The notes under the pieces were generated by a model, which ran no database searches, had not been told where the DNA came from, and worked only from the letters and a program-made list of their open reading frames with translations. Below, piece by piece: positions 62,567 to 64,000 of a stretch of DNA of 64,000 bases. Origin of the DNA: Alphaproteobacteria bacterium (GTDB taxonomy: Bacteria; Pseudomonadota; Alphaproteobacteria; MPNO01); assembly GCA_965200535.1 (NCBI GenBank), contig CBDAUF010000001.1, positions 676,436-740,435 on the forward strand. The letters are read 5' to 3'. The translations under genes and the position numbers were made by a program. Position 1 is the stretch's first letter. Each line of letters starts with the position of its first letter.

Positions 62567-64000
62567 TTCTCGCCACCGCGCCGGACCTGCCGTCGAGAGC
62601 CGTGTAGACCGGCACCTCGTTGGCGGCAAGCCGGTCGAGCGTTGGAGCGTCCTGCCCGAGCCGGCTGCGATAGACCCAGAGGTTGGCAACCACCCGCTCC
62701 ACGTAAATGCGGGTCTCGCGCGCCGGGATGGTCTCGATGAAGAGGAGCGGGTCCGACAACGTTTTCAAGCGCTTGGCACGACGACGCCACTTGGAGAGAT
62801 TGCCCGGCCCGCCATTATAGGCGGCGGCCAGCATCAACACATTGCCCTTCACTGTCTGGTGGCCGTGCAGGTAGCGGATGTAGCGCTGCGAGATCCTCAT
62901 ATTGAGCCCCGGATCGTACAGCTTCAGGCGTGTGGACCCGGTGAACCGCGTGCCGGTCATGAAACCGGCGGTCGGCGGCATCAGTTGCATCAGCCCCATC
63001 GCGCCGGCATGGCTCTTGGCGCGCGGGTTGAACCGCGACTCCTGACGCATGAAGGCGTAGGCCAGCGCCCGGTCCACGGTAAATCCACCGTCGGGTTCCC
63101 ATCGCGGGACGGGGTAGCGAGCTGCGGGCGGCGGCTGTGGACCGTCCCCTTCGTCGATCATCCTCGTTGTCCGGACCGCCAGCAACGCAAGCCCCTTGAT
63201 CTCGGCGAGCGCTCCCAGAGCCTCTGCGAGATAGCGGTCCCGCACCGAGGCCAACACGACCAACTCTCTCTCCGCCCGGTCGTCCGCGCCGACCTGCAGC
63301 AGCGCCACCGCACGCCGGCCCGCATCGTGGGTCAGGACTGCGTCCACATGCCCCGGGGTGAGCTTCGGCACCTCCCAGTCGAAACCGGGGTCGCGCCCCA
63401 GAATGCGAGCGGCAAGCTGGCCGTAGAAGGTGTACCGGTACTCGGCAGCCTTGCCGAGCCAGAGGCCGTACCGGTCGGGCCGTCCTGCCTGCAGGTCGGC
63501 GCGGCCTGCCCAGAAGGCGGCGGCGGAAGCCAACCACGGCGACAGCGACGGCTTTTTCGCCATCGCTGCCAGATGGGTTGCGGCCTCCCTGTACGCGCCG
63601 GCCCGATACGCCGACAACCCGGCAATCCAGTAGGCAGTCGTCATATAGGGTCCGGCGCGTTTCGCCGACCGCGACGACAGCGTGTAAGCAATCTCCGGCG
63701 AGCCGCGGAAGAAATACGCCGCCGCGACATGGGATCGCGCAATGGCAAGCTCGGTGGGGTCGAGCAAACGCCGGGTCGACCGCCAGCCGAGCAGTTGGCG
63801 GGCCCGGGTCAACCGCCCGGCGCGCGCACTACGCCGGATGCCGCGGATTCGCTGGTTGACCTTTCTCTGCGTGGCGGCGCTGCGGCGGCGCGGGGATGTG
63901 TACCCGTATGTCGGCCCCGTCGACGAGAAGCCGCCTATCTGCTGTTCCGGCGTCACCGGCGGACGCGGGCTCCGGCTCGATTTCCCCTTGCGGCGCAACG
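62553..64000 (-). CDS. Soluble lytic transglycosylase (5' end outside window)
   Basis: RQESRF, GAMGLMQLMP, AYNGG, ETRIYV. Confidence 0.9.
   Translation of the reverse strand, partial: LRRKGKSSRSPRPPVTPEQQIGGFSSTGPTYGYTSPRRRSAATQRKVNQRIRGIRRSARAGRLTRARQLLGWRSTRRLLDPTELAIARSHVAAAYFFRGSPEIAYTLSSRSAKRAGPYMTTAYWIAGLSAYRAGAYREAATHLAAMAKKPSLSPWLASAAAFWAGRADLQAGRPDRYGLWLGKAAEYRYTFYGQLAARILGRDPGFDWEVPKLTPGHVDAVLTHDAGRRAVALLQVGADDRAERELVVLASVRDRYLAEALGALAEIKGLALLAVRTTRMIDEGDGPQPPPAARYPVPRWEPDGGFTVDRALAYAFMRQESRFNPRAKSHAGAMGLMQLMPPTAGFMTGTRFTGSTRLKLYDPGLNMRISQRYIRYLHGHQTVKGNVLMLAAAYNGGPGNLSKWRRRAKRLKTLSDPLLFIETIPARETRIYVERVVANLWVYRSRLGQDAPTLDRLAANEVPVYTALDGRSGAVARNARN

Overview
GC-rich alphaproteobacterial (Rhodospirillales-like) chromosomal segment with about 60 genes and no recognisable mobile element, CRISPR array or rRNA. 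The right third is the conserved core block slt-moaB-dapA-smpB-udg-NYN-folK-rpoZ-spoT-pdxJ-acpS-lepB-rnc-era-recO-parC. The left two-thirds hold catabolic and accessory genes: three TRAP systems (one with two apparent lesions), livHMGF, a PHA cluster (phaR/phaP/phaC/phaJ) with visible PhaR-type boxes, a LexA-boxed radical SAM gene, tRNA-Gly(CCC), tandem UbiD decarboxylases and a ligJ-like gene. The most notable loci are: (i) a Rieske ferredoxin + small protein + amidohydrolase-fold operon that looks like an AibH-type dinuclear oxygenase; (ii) a Cys-tailed MarR divergent from an rpoH-type sigma gene, with two perfect palindromes bracketing the promoter; (iii) an archaeal-type CTP-dependent riboflavin kinase heading an operon that contains a catalytically degenerate FAH protein. 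All calls come from motif reading and recalled family knowledge; no database searches were run.
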